Source: Neophaeotheca triangularis
Taxonomy: Eukaryota
Length of the DNA: 64,000 nt
Assembly (NCBI GenBank): GCA_054600435.1
Contig: BAAIJX010000006.1
Span: 124,001-188,000, forward strand
Direction of reading: 5' to 3'
This document shows positions 11,117 through 22,416 of this stretch, in pieces (position 1 is the stretch's first letter; every line of letters begins with the position of its first letter). The translations under genes were made by a program, and so were the position numbers. Under the pieces are notes generated by a model. That model had not been told where the DNA came from and ran no database searches. It saw nothing but the letters and a program-made list of their open reading frames with translations.

Positions 11117-12012
11117 TCACATCCGATTGCGGTTCCTGAGTGCGAACCCTTCTTTGTTGTCTGGGTATCCGCGAGACTCCCTTTTGTCGGCGACTGTTCG
11201 TGATATTAGCTTTGAAAGGCCATCTGCTACAACTGAATGGAAACTTACACCAGTGTTCCAGACCCCAGGCATCTCCGTACTGCAAGGTAATGCCGATGAA
11301 CGCGATTTCCGCAACATTAGGATAAGGCGAAATTTCGAAGCAAGCATCCAAAACCTGCAGACGGTGCTGGCTGGTTACGAGAGTTGGGGTCACATCGTGA
11401 GAAGGACCGGTCAGGCCGATACTCGAGGTGAGACGATCGATCTTCCTGATCAAATGTGAGTTTAATATCGGATACCACATGGGGAGCTCGAACTTACTCT
11501 TTCAGATCGCTCTTCATCTTCGAAACGTAACGCTGCATGTCTGGCGGTCTCTCTCTGAAGTCGCAATCCAGCAGAGTAGCAACGGCCTGCTTGTTCACCT
11601 TCGCGAGCATCTTCGACTCGACAGAGTATATTCTGTTCAGCTCATCCAGCCTGAGAATGTCCATCGGGCCCTGATCCCCCTGCAGCTGCACACGTCGCGA
11701 ATACACCGCTGACTGGAGAGAATCATCCGGTAGTTCAAGCTTGGGTCCGTTGTCGTTGTCGATTTCCACCAGAAAAGAGTCGAGGATCCCTCCAACCAGG
11801 TTTCTGCTTCGGACGTGCCTGGCGCCCAGGTACTGTCCCATCGATCTCTTCTTATTGCCGTATTTACGCCTTGCTAGCATAGAGTCGAAAGAAGGTCGCA
11901 ATCTGGATGGCAGAAAAGCCCTGAACTGTGACGGAGTCGCCATCACCTGTGGAATCCATTTGGCCTTCTTGAGGTGTTGACATAGCGTTCGGCTCGGCGG
12001 CGTATTCTCCAT
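11117..12012 (-). CDS. MAT-associated protein with C-terminal divergent homeodomain-like region, 3 exons, 262 aa
   Basis: Exons 12012-11498, 11445-11249, 11193-11117. Introns 11497-11446 and 11248-11194 both run GTAAGT...CAG, with CTCAC and GCTAAT branch candidates. The 789-nt spliced frame is open and ends QHRLQVLDACFEISPYPNVAEIAFIGITLQYGDAWGLEHWFADKRESRGYPDNKEGFALRNRNRM*. Confidence 0.75.
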
Positions 12013-12431
12013 TGGATTTGGTTGTCGCGCACTTGATTCGAGAAGAAGGCCTTACGACAGGTTTCGCGCTGGTGGAGGGAGGTAGTTGGGAGAAGTGAAG
12101 TGAGTCAACCTTTCGCTCTTTTGCGACGCACGCGCCACTTTACAATAGACGGCAGGTGCTTATTGAGGTCGACTTTCGGAAGAGTTTGTGAAGAGTGAAG
12201 GAGTGCGCGAAGTGAAGGCAACGAATAGAGTTTCGCTTAGCATGGCGTTGGTTTGGCAACCAGCCCCCTGCTTTACGCTGTCTACCCTCGCTGAATTCGC
12301 ACTCTGCTCCTTCGACCTCTTATCCACCTGTCTTTTCAAAATCCACAGATCGCACACCTACACCTTCATACTTCCCTTGCAGTTATCACACTACACACAC
12401 CGGAATCACCAATACTCACGCGCTCACTATT
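12013..12431. promoter_or_regulatory. Bidirectional promoter shared by the homeodomain-like gene and MAT1-2-1
   Basis: 419-nt gap between the head-to-head start codons at 12012 (-) and 12432 (+). Confidence 0.6.
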
Positions 12432-13710
12432 ATGGCAGCGACCGCATACCCTCAACTCACCATGGGTGAGATCATGGACGCGAATCAAGCTCGATTCAAC
12501 AACACCAACTCTCTTGCCGGCGATATCACCGCTCAGTTCAAAGCTGGCAGTGACCACGCCATAGTTCCCTTGCATATCGCGACTCGCTTCGGCCCCTCTG
12601 GTATTGCTGAGCTCAAGGACCGTCTTCAGTGAGTGGAAAACCCTTCGTCTCTGCACCAAAACCCCTAACTGACAAAAAATCAGGGACATCTCGGGCTGCG
12701 TCTTCAGCATGGCTGCCGACTGTGTCTCCAACACGCTCATGATTCAGCCGACGGGCCCAGCTCTCATGTCGTCGCCTGAGAGTGTTGGAAACGCCGACTC
12801 GCCTGCTTCCGAAGCTGCATCGCCTCAGCAAGCCGTCCAGACTATTTCTACCAAGAAAGCAAAGGCCAAGGTCCCTCGCCCACCAAACGCCTTCATCATC
12901 TATCGCAAGGAGTGGCATCCCAAGATCCTCGCTCAGATGCCTCATTTGCACAACAACCAAATCTCAGTCATCATCGGTCAACAATGGCGCAAAGAGGCCG
13001 ACAGCGTGAAGGAGATTTACAAGCGCAAGTCCGAGTCCGCCAAGTCTCAGCATGCCCTCGACCATCCCGACTACCAGTATCAACCTCGCAAGCCATCCGA
13101 GAAGAAGAAGCGTATGACCAAGCGCAAGCTCGCGGCCCTCAACGCCACCCAGCAACCTTCAAACGCTCCTGCGCCGCCAAGCGAAGGCTTCACCGTCGAC
13201 AACTTCGTGGAACCCTACCTTCCTCAGAACTACGGGGTCATGTCGGAGGGGGCCAACTACAACACATTCGACGCTGGTGAAGATGCGAGGAGCGGCCTCA
13301 TGACATCGGTTGCTGAACTCAATGAGCAGCGCGCTGGTAATGTCAACACCGACGCCATCGTTGCCTCGACCGGTGTAGATCTCGTCAATGGCCAACAGGA
13401 GTACGAGCGCATGACCTTCGACTTCCAAGCCATGGACTCCAACGACTTCGAAATCATGCTCCGTCAGACCCTTCAAGACGAGCTCGAGAAAACTGATGAC
13501 CACAACGGCCCCACTGCGATGGCTGAAGTCTATCGCCAGAACCAGCTTGAGGCAGAACTTGGCGCTTTCGGTTACGATGTTTTCGACTTCGAGGGTGCCT
13601 CTGCTGGCCCTTCTACCACCAAGCAGCAGGCCCAGGATATCATGTACGATGGAGGAGTCGGCCAACAAGACAACGGGGTTCCTGAGTTCGTGGCTGGCGT
13701 GTCTGACTGA
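12432..13710 (+). CDS. MAT1-2-1: Mating-type HMG-box transcription factor MAT1-2-1, 2 exons, 407 aa
   Basis: Exons 12432-12628 and 12684-13710 (intron GTGAGT...ACTGAC...CAG). MATA_HMG-type box KVPRPPNAFIIYRKEWHPKI...HNNQISVIIGQQWR...HPDYQYQPRKPSEKKKR. Linked to APC5, APN2 and COX13. Confidence 0.92.
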
Positions 13711-14041
13711 GCACGATTCTGTCAGGTGGACTTTCCGACAATGGGCAAGCAAGTGGAATGAGCAGAGCGTGCGGTTTAATTGACGAGTACGCGAGGAGAT
13801 TACAGAAGACGAGTTGCATGGGCAACTCCGGATCAATGGGTCGTTTACGAGTGGGTCATTGCTTCACTCGTCATAGGTTGTAATTAGAAGTCAATAGCGT
13901 AGTATTCAATATGTGCTACATCCTCATCGATACCGACACGCAAGGCAGGAACATCATGTCAGCTATCTTGACTATACCCCCTCTACCAACTACGACTCGT
14001 CATCCCCATCTTCTTCATCCCTCCCACCTCAAATCCTCCCC

Positions 14042-14955
14042 CTAAGCCCCACCAACCAAAATATTGTTGACAGGAATATGTACTACAACCAAGCGCAGCG
14101 CGCCCCAAAAGTCAGCAAAGCACTCCCTCATCAAAAACAGCAGTACCCCCCAAACTCCCCAAATCCCCAACACCACCACCCTTCTACCACGTTAAACCCC
14201 AGCGAAACCACCCCCTTCCCACCGCAAAAGCCTTGCAGCAGCACACCCCAACCCTTCAAACCCGCAACCAGCAGCAGCCAGCGCAGCAGCCAGCGCAGCA
14301 CCCACGCCCGTACGAGCGCGAGCGCCGCGCTCGCCAGCGACGCGTCCCCTGCCCTGCTGCCGTAACATCCCTCCAGCCACCTCTATCATGGGGGGAAGGA
14401 AAACAAAAGGGGAACACTCACTCAACTTGACCACATATCCGATGACGCCCATAATGAGGAAACCCATGCCCACGGCTTGCGAGATGCGGAGGAATTCGCG
14501 TTGGTCGGCTATGGAGGGGGGATTAGTCTTTGGGGTTCAGAGGCGGGTGGGTAGGGGGGATGCAAGGCGAGCTGAGCTGTAGATGGCGCGGGGGAGGAGG
14601 AAGATGGAGTGGGGCGCTGCGAACGCACGCCCGCGAGAAAGAAGGAAGGAGAGGAGAAGGGAGCAGCGCCCGCGCCAGCTGCAGTAGTGATGGATTCAAC
14701 CACGTAGCCGGGAATGCGCGCCGCTGCGCCTGCCCATCCGCCTCTCCTCCTTATCCCTCATCGCCTTATCTCTCTCCCCCAAGCGCTCGCGCCCACAACC
14801 GTAGCGCAGCCTTGCCGCATCGCATCCCGAACCCGCCCAACACCTGCACTGTAGAGAGCGGGAGGAGACTCACGCTTCGAGCACCTCGTAACGAATTGCC
14901 GGCCGTCTTTCAGAAACTCGCGGGGCATCTCCAATAGATCCTTGGCTTGGTCCAT
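14042..14955 (-). CDS. SSS1: Sec61 translocon gamma subunit, 3 exons, 69 aa
   Basis: Exons 14955-14874, 14508-14422, 14082-14042 give MDQAKDLLEMPREFLKDGRQFVTRCSKPDQREFLRISQAVGMGFLIMGVIGYVVKLIHIPVNNILVGGA. Confidence 0.93.
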
Positions 14956-15995
14956 TGCTGCTGTAGCTTGGTGGATGTGTGTAGTTCTGGCTCTTGTGGT
15001 GCTCTTGCTCAGGGTGCAAAGCGCGGTGTTTTGGGAAAGGGGATCGCGGTGAATGGGTGAGTTGGTAGTGAGATCGGTGGCGCGGTCGTGGCGGGTTTTG
15101 GTAAGGGGGTGTTGTATAGTACAGCACTGTAGTTGTCAAGTTGAAAGTCAAGCGACGTGGATGGTCTGTAGTAGCGCCAACGCGCTCGGTCCAGCGCCCT
15201 TCGGGGGAGAAGTGGCCGCGCTAGTGGACTTTGAACATTAGGCTTGGCAGAGCATTGGGAGAGTTTGAACAATGACATTTTCTTCAGAAGTAGCTCTTTG
15301 TAATCTTTGTTGTCTGAGCTATCTATCAATGTAATTTTGGATGTTTTGCACCGTCATGGGTTTTGTAATCGCGGATTGCAGTCGAGGGCCATTGTCAACT
15401 GTCGCGGTCTGAAAGCTGGCGTTATTTCCGGCGACGGGACAGCTGGCTTGCCCGGACGCGGATTCAGGGGTCTGGGGTTTCCTGGCTTGGCGGGGACTCT
15501 TTGGCTGCCCGTAGCTTGCGAGTTCGACGGAGGGTGAGATTGGCTATATTTCGATTCGCGACATTGCGATTATTACAATACTTGATTTCCTCACTTATGA
15601 CAGGGAAACTACGTTGTCTATTGCCCAAGTGTTGTGCACGTTCTTACGGTCTGTCATCGTCAGTAGAGCGTAGAAGTCTCAGCTCTGCCCAAAAGCCAGC
15701 CGCGCCTACTTCGACAACTATTGGGTCGCACATGAAGCACCAACTGGACTTCAATCAAAAAGAATTCGGTACGCAGTAATGAGACCATCAGAGTCTATCA
15801 ACTCAAGGCCAGTTATGTCGCCGAATTCCGTCCCGGGCAGTTGAGCTCTCTCTTCCATCGCCATCAAGCGAAGCCAGCCACATGGAACGTCAGCGACTCC
15901 AAAGCTCCTGAAGACCATCCCCCACCCACACCCAAGCGCCCTCTCCCCCTGCGCTCCTTTCTCCCTGCCCGCTCACATATCAAAATCCCTCTCTC

Positions 15996-18900
15996 TCAAA
16001 AACCTCCCTCCTTCCCCATCTCCACAATAACCATCTCTCTCATCCCCTCTTCTCGTACCGCTCGCTCTTCCTCCCCTAAAAACCGGGCAATACGTGCTTT
16101 CATCGAGTGCAAGGCCGCGACTTCTGGCAGAGCTTCAAGGCGGGCGTAGGCTGGTGTAGTGGTGGCGTGGGGTTAGCGGGCAGTCGAGCGTTGGGGAATG
16201 GAATTAGGGAAGCAAAGCTAAGGAGTGGGGATGATGGGTGGGCTGCGAGTGCTGAGTTGGCGTTTTGGAGATGAAGGGGGTTTAAGGGGAAAGCCTTGAC
16301 CCAGACGTGATGGCACTCAAGCCGAGCGAAAGAGGTCCGCATTGGGTGGCTGCAGGGAAGCAGGTGAAACACCAGCAAAAGAAAGCCATGAAGAGAATCA
16401 ACGTACCTTCTCGACTCCTCTCCAAAACCCCCTCAGCCTCTCTCAACAGCTTCGCCCTCTCGCGCAGCCTCTCCGGTGCGGATAAGCTCCCAGCGGCTCC
16501 TACTTTCGCCTGGCCGAGCAGACTCAGCAATCTAGCAGTCAAAGCCAGATTCCCGCTCTCAAACGCCTGCGTTGCAATAGTCAGCTCAGCACGTCCCTCA
16601 GTGGCGCAATTTTGGAAGAACTTACATGAGGCAGCCCGCCCTCGGCCATGTTGGCAGCTGGCCCAAATTCCCCGCTGTCCATTAGAATCCAGCCCAGCGT
16701 CGCCAGACTCTCCAGTAGCACGGGCAGAAGCTGGCAACTTTCCGCCAGCTTCGCCGCGCGTAGGGCAATGCTGAGCCCTTTCTGGCTTTGTCCGGCTTTC
16801 GCGAAGGTAGTCGCTTTGAGGAGAAGCAAGTGAAGGGGATGGGAGAGATCTGTGTGCTCAAACTGGTCAGCTGGGGTCGCTAGGCACTTGTATGGTGCTA
16901 AGCGGCCCGCTGGGGATACGTACCGGTTTCCTTTCGCTCTGAGAGGGTCTGCAAATGCGTATTGAGGATTTCGAGAGCGCTGTAGTGTTCTTGTCTCGCA
17001 AGAAGGAGGTCGATCTCTAGGAGGGAGATTTCGTACATGAGTTCTGGATCGTTGGTCGAGCGTGCGGGAGTCAGGCGAGCGAGCTGCTGGTTAGCTGTAG
17101 GCAGGCTCCCACTGCGATGCGATGTCCACTGTTAGCATTCTTTACGTCTTGTCGCAGAGTGAGATGAGAGGTGGGAGAGAGGGTCGGTGTACCGGTTGAT
17201 ACTCCTCTTGAGCTGCACCATCCCCATGAAAGCAGTGACACGTTGCTGCAACTTTAACATCCCTTTTGCTTGGCTATAGACGGCTTCAAGCTGCTGTCGC
17301 GCGGTTGTATATTGTCCCTGTCGGGCTGTGGAGTATGCTACGCGGCATTTAGAGCGGACAACGTCGTTCAGCGGGGCATTAGGGCCGTGTACGAGGGACA
17401 CGGTTTCGATTGTTCGAGTTGCGAGGTGAGCATGGCCTTGGCGAGCGACTCGTTAGTTGGGTTCAAAGATCTGTGAGAGCTTTGCCGGCTGAAAAGGTAA
17501 GGGCTGTGCCACGCCGTTATACGCACCGAGCCTCTCGTACATCGCTCCTTGAAAGAGCGTCTCCGCCGGCATGTGCGTGCGTAGGTCGTGCTGCACATTC
17601 AACATGCCGGACTGTAGGATGAGCTCCACTGACTTGGGGCTGACACCCTTCTGCAATCACACCCTTCATAAGCTCCCGTACCATCGTCTATCGTGGCGCT
17701 GCCAGGGAGTACACACCTCATACATCTCTCCTTTCGCCTCTTCGAGTAGTGTGCTGCTCAGCAGAGACCAGTGCTTGCACTCACGGGCTCTAGCCTTCAA
17801 TGAAGCTATGGCATCGTTTTCGCCGCCGCCGGTGACCCCGCCGGCTAGTCCGGTCAGAGAGCGGAAAGGGGTTGAAGATTGGGTCGGGTGGGCTTGGCGG
17901 AGGTAGAGGAGCCAGGAGAGGGCGTAGTTTAGACAGACAGAGTCCTGGTTCTCGCGAGCTACAACACGGACAGTCAGTTGCTCGATGCCAGCGTATAACT
18001 TAGGTATAGTGAGTAGAGCTGAGCAGATGTGCAACAATAATCTGCGGGGTCGTAACAGGTGCAGCAAACGTTTGTCTTCCGTCGAACTTACCCGTTGCGA
18101 CGCACTCTTCCATCGCTTCCAAGCTCTCCTCCCAACTCTCAAAATCTGCATGTACCACACTTAGATGAAGCAGCGCATACTGGTAATACTGCTTGACGTT
18201 TGCGTCTTGCCCACGCGCCGCAAGCCCGTAATCGAAGTATCGATGCAAGCTCTCTAGAGCCATGGTCAACTGCCCGGAACGCCAGTGCTCAAAGAAGGCC
18301 AGGAAGTGATTCAGACTTTGTACATTGGAATCTGCTTGGTCGGAGATCCATGACTGGAGTTTGTGTTTGAGGTCTGCTGGCAGCCGACCGCCGAGTTTTT
18401 GTAGCTGTTGGATGGAGAGTGCAAGGAGGGTTTCGGTATCGGTGGTGCTGATGTTGAAACGAGGATCAGGGTCATTGCTGGGAGGGTGGGAGGATGCAGT
18501 GGCCATGGGAAACGAAGCAGCCTCTTGCTCTGTCTTCTGGGCGAGTTGGGCGGCAGCTTCGGGGTTACGATGGGCCCAGGCAGGATGAGTGGGTGCGCGG
18601 AAGGTCACAAAAGCGTTCCAGAGCAGAAGAGTATCGGCGAATTGAAGGCGCGTGTACTCTACGTAGCTGCGCCGTATGTATTGGCCAATAGGTGAGGCCC
18701 GCGAAAGCGTCTGGGTTGTTGTGCCTTCAGCCGGGGGAAGGAAGAGTTGGCTGAGCTGCTCGAACATGGTTTGAAGTTGGTCGGCATCTTGTAAGCGCCA
18801 GAGTTCCAAAAGGAATTCGTCGTATACGCTCTGGCCGGGCAATATCGACTGCCATTGCGATAGCTGTGTGGCATAACTGGAGGCATCTTTCTTGGGCAGC

Positions 18901-19067
18901 AATTGGTCTGTTTCCGGGGAGTTTGTGGGATTTGATGAGTTGATGCCGATCTGGGTGGCGATGAAGTCGAGCAGGTGGAGTGTTGAAGTCGTCGTCACTC
19001 TGCCTTTGATATAGACGTGGATCAAGGAGAGGGTGCAGAGACGGGCTGGAGTTAGGTATCGCGCCAT
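15996..19067 (-). CDS. APC5: Anaphase-promoting complex subunit 5, multi-exon
   Basis: Starts MARYLTPARL; contains ESLHRYFDY...YQYALLHL...EAMEECVATARENQD (joined across an intron). Last exon ~16150-15996 ends ...MGKEGGF*. Internal exon borders only approximately resolved. Divergent from APN2. Confidence 0.85.
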
Positions 19068-19529
19068 GACTTGGTGCACCTTGTATACCGTACCTAAAGG
19101 AAGGCTTCGAATTGGCTTGGGTTGTGGGATGACTACAGAAACATACGCGACTTCATCTCATCGTCAACAACCCTGAAACCTTCAAAACGTCCGAGGTCGT
19201 TTGGTTGTAATTCAATTAAGGTAGTAGTGAGTGACCTTGGAACGTCGGAACGTGACTGGAGGCTTTGGTGGAAGATATAACCTTATATATCAGAGTAAGG
19301 TACCTGTAGTTATATACCCACAGTGGATAGCCTCAAGCGCGTAGCGTGACTTCCTTCCGCTCCATCAACAACGCGAACTTCCTCATTGCAAGGGCTGGGC
19401 TGTTTCTACCTACGCAACCTTACCCACCTACAGCACCCTCTCATCTTTTCCAATACCCGTACAAAACATGACCAGCTCTCTTGCTGTCTCCTCCACACCC
19501 GACACACTTCCGCTCCTCAAACCGCCAAG

Positions 19530-21676
19530 ATGAGGTTGACAACATGGTATGCACTTCATCAGCCATCACCAGGATACCACACCCCAGCTAACCGTACACC
19601 CCCACCAGGAACGTCAACGGCATCCGTAACCCCTTCTCATACCCACCATGGAACCAAGCCCGCACCTTCCCAGCCATGTTCGACATTCTCTCCACCGACA
19701 TCGTCGTGATGCAAGAGCTAAAAATCCAACGCAAAGACCTGCGCGACGACATGGTCCTCCTCGACGGCTGGGACTGCTACTTCTCTCTCCCCAAACACAA
19801 AAAGGGCTATAGCGGGGTAGGAATATACACCCGCAATGCCACCTGCGCGCCCATACGAGCCGAAGAGGGATTGCTGGGAGTGCTGCCGAGTCCCAACGGC
19901 TTGGCTTACTGCGATTTACCCGAGGGTGAGAGTGTGGGGGGTTACCCTGATGCGAGGCAGGTTGAAGAGCTGGGAGTCGATCCGCAGGCGCTTGATGCGG
20001 AGGGCAGATGTTTGGTCCTCGAGTTCCCGGCTTTTGTGCTCTTTGGCGTGTACAGCCCTGCCAACTCGAATGGGCTGAGGGACGACTTCCGATACGGTTT
20101 TATCTGCGCCTTGGATTGCCGCATCCGAAATTTGGCGAAAATGGGGAAGAGGGTGGTATTGGTGGGGGATCTGAATGTCAGCCGGGATGAGATGGATGGC
20201 GCCAATGTTTGCGATGAAATGAAGAAGCTAGGCATGTCGCACGAGCAGTATATTTCAACGCCGAACCGGAGGATCTTCAACCAGCTACTTGTGGGTGGGG
20301 AGGTCTTTGGAGAAAGGGATGAAGGACGGGAAGAGGGTGTGCTTTGGGATACGACTAGGGCTTTTCATCCGGAAAGGAAGGGCATGTTCACGCATTGGGA
20401 GCAGAAAGTCAACGCGAGACCGGGAAACTTTGGGAGTCGCATTGACTTTGTGCTTGTGTCTAAGGCGATGCAGACATGGGTAAAGGATGCCAATATTCAA
20501 GAGGGTCTGCTAGGGTCTGATCACTGTCCGGTGTATGCCGACTTTCACGATGAGGTGCTAGAAGGCGCAGAAGACGATCAAAAAAGGAAACTGATCGATA
20601 TCATGAACCCGCCCGGCACCTTTGTCGATGGTGTGAAACAGCGAGATTGGAAGGTGTCCACCGTACCAGCCTTCTCTGGCAAGCGTCTGGAAGAGTTCAA
20701 CAAGCGCAGAAGCATCAAGTCGATGTTCGCTGCACCCGCTGTCAAGAAGACCGAATCCTCCAAGCAGAAGACGCCGGATCCGCCTCAGACGAACGGCAAT
20801 GCCGAGACTACTGAAAGAGTGAAGGAGGCTGCCACTGCCAATTCGGAAGCACCACAGACTACCCAAGTACCTGCGCTCCCGCCTTCTAAAGGTACCGATT
20901 CACCCCAGAGCCAGTCTGGACGTTCCGACCGCGTCTCTCCAGTGAAGAGAAAGTCCCCAGCAGCCACAAAAGCACCTCCACCGAACAAACGGCAGAAGTC
21001 TGAACCCAAGCCCACCAACAGCAAAAGCCAGCAAAGCCTCAAAGGCTTCTTCCAAGCGAAGCAACCTTCCAAACCCGCTACCGACGCTGCCGCAGAAACA
21101 GCGCCAGAAGACCCGGCTCCCGCACTGACATCCGCGAATTCCAACACCACGAGCCCTTACTTCGGCACACGAACCCTGAGCCCACAAACCCCAAGTACGC
21201 AACCTCCAGCCACTCCACCCTCAAAGCCCTCTCAAGACACCAAAGCCTCCCCTTCGCCCTCTCCGCGCAGCGCCCTCAACTCACTCGCCAACGCCGAAAA
21301 ATCACAGAAGTCCTGGTCCACCCTCTTCGCCCGCCCGGTTGCCCCCTTGTGCGAAGACCACAATGAACCCTGTAAGATGATGCAAACGAAGAAAAAGGGT
21401 AGTAATCAAGGTCGTTCGTTCTGGATGTGCGCGAGGCCCCTTGGACCGAATGGCGAGAAGCAGCGAGGCACGGATTGGAGGTGTGGGACTTTTGTTTGGG
21501 CTAGCGATTGGGGGCTTGATGGCAAGGGCGCTAGAGGGGTTGGGATGTCGAATGGTGCAGCGGAGGGCGAAAGTGGCGGTGATGGGGAAGTATTAAAGGG
21601 TAGTAACGTTGAAGATGAGGCTGGGGCCCTTACTGCCAAGAAGGAGGTGGATGGTGAGGATGCCGTTCCTGGTTGA
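19530..21676 (+). CDS. APN2: AP endonuclease / DNA lyase Apn2 with C-terminal GRF zinc finger, 2 exons, 694 aa
   Basis: Exons 19530-19546 and 19609-21676. Motifs MRLTTWNVNGIR, QELK, GYSGV, GDLNV, GSRIDF and GSDHCPV; C-terminal CEDHNEPC...NQGRSFWMC...CGTFVW. Confidence 0.95.
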
Positions 21677-22416
21677 GATCAGGTCGAGGGAAAGGTAGTG
21701 GAAGCCTCCTCATGCTTTTGACACGCGAGCTGCTGTAGGAAACGGGCGGCTGTAACACTTACTTGCAAGCACCGGAGAGTGCTTCGATCGACGGGCCAGT
21801 AAAACGACAGCACGCTTGCTACTAGACATGCATATATACCCCTTTGGCGAATTTCCTCTAGCTCAAAATCTTACGCAGCCGCCACACGCCAGATGCCTGC
21901 TAGTGTTTAAATGCAATCTTCTGCCTCGTGACCAATTTTTCTAAGGTGAAGTGAAGGGCAGACGCAGCCAAGCTTCTGCCCCACAATTCGTTTCAGTGGA
22001 CCAACCTGGAAGTGAATGTTTTCGGTCACAAGGTTCCTGTCAGTTGGTCGGCTGCCTCTTGAAATAGTACATCCCCAGGTCATGTTCAGGTGCGGCGAAA
22101 GTCTGCTGATGACTTGGGCTTCTTCGTGGCTTCCATCGACTGGATGAGTGCGCTTTTCGCCGCTTACTGTACCGTGCTTTCACGCGAACGGTGGGCGCAA
22201 GTGCTGCTGGTAGATGGGCTGGGGGGTTTTGGGAAGAGCATGGTTAAGTGGAAGGTCATGTTAAACTTACAGTATCTATCCATGGGCCTTTACGCATGCT
22301 TTCAATTTGACCGCAGGCTCTAGACAAAGCTTGTTATCGCCATCCATTCTTTCAGTCAAACCGCGCAAAGACGATTAGAGCCTCAGACTAGCGCTGGAGC
22401 TCTCCCGCTCACCATC

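Noticed and set aside
14083..14873. Box C/D snoRNAs in the SSS1 introns
   Set aside because: C-like and D-like boxes are either ~230 nt apart or overlap the branch point; no convincing pair.
15240..15900. MAT1-1-1 remnant or tRNA-like element (GAGTTCGA near 15520) between SSS1 and APC5
   Set aside because: No alpha-box residues recognisable and no cloverleaf can be formed.
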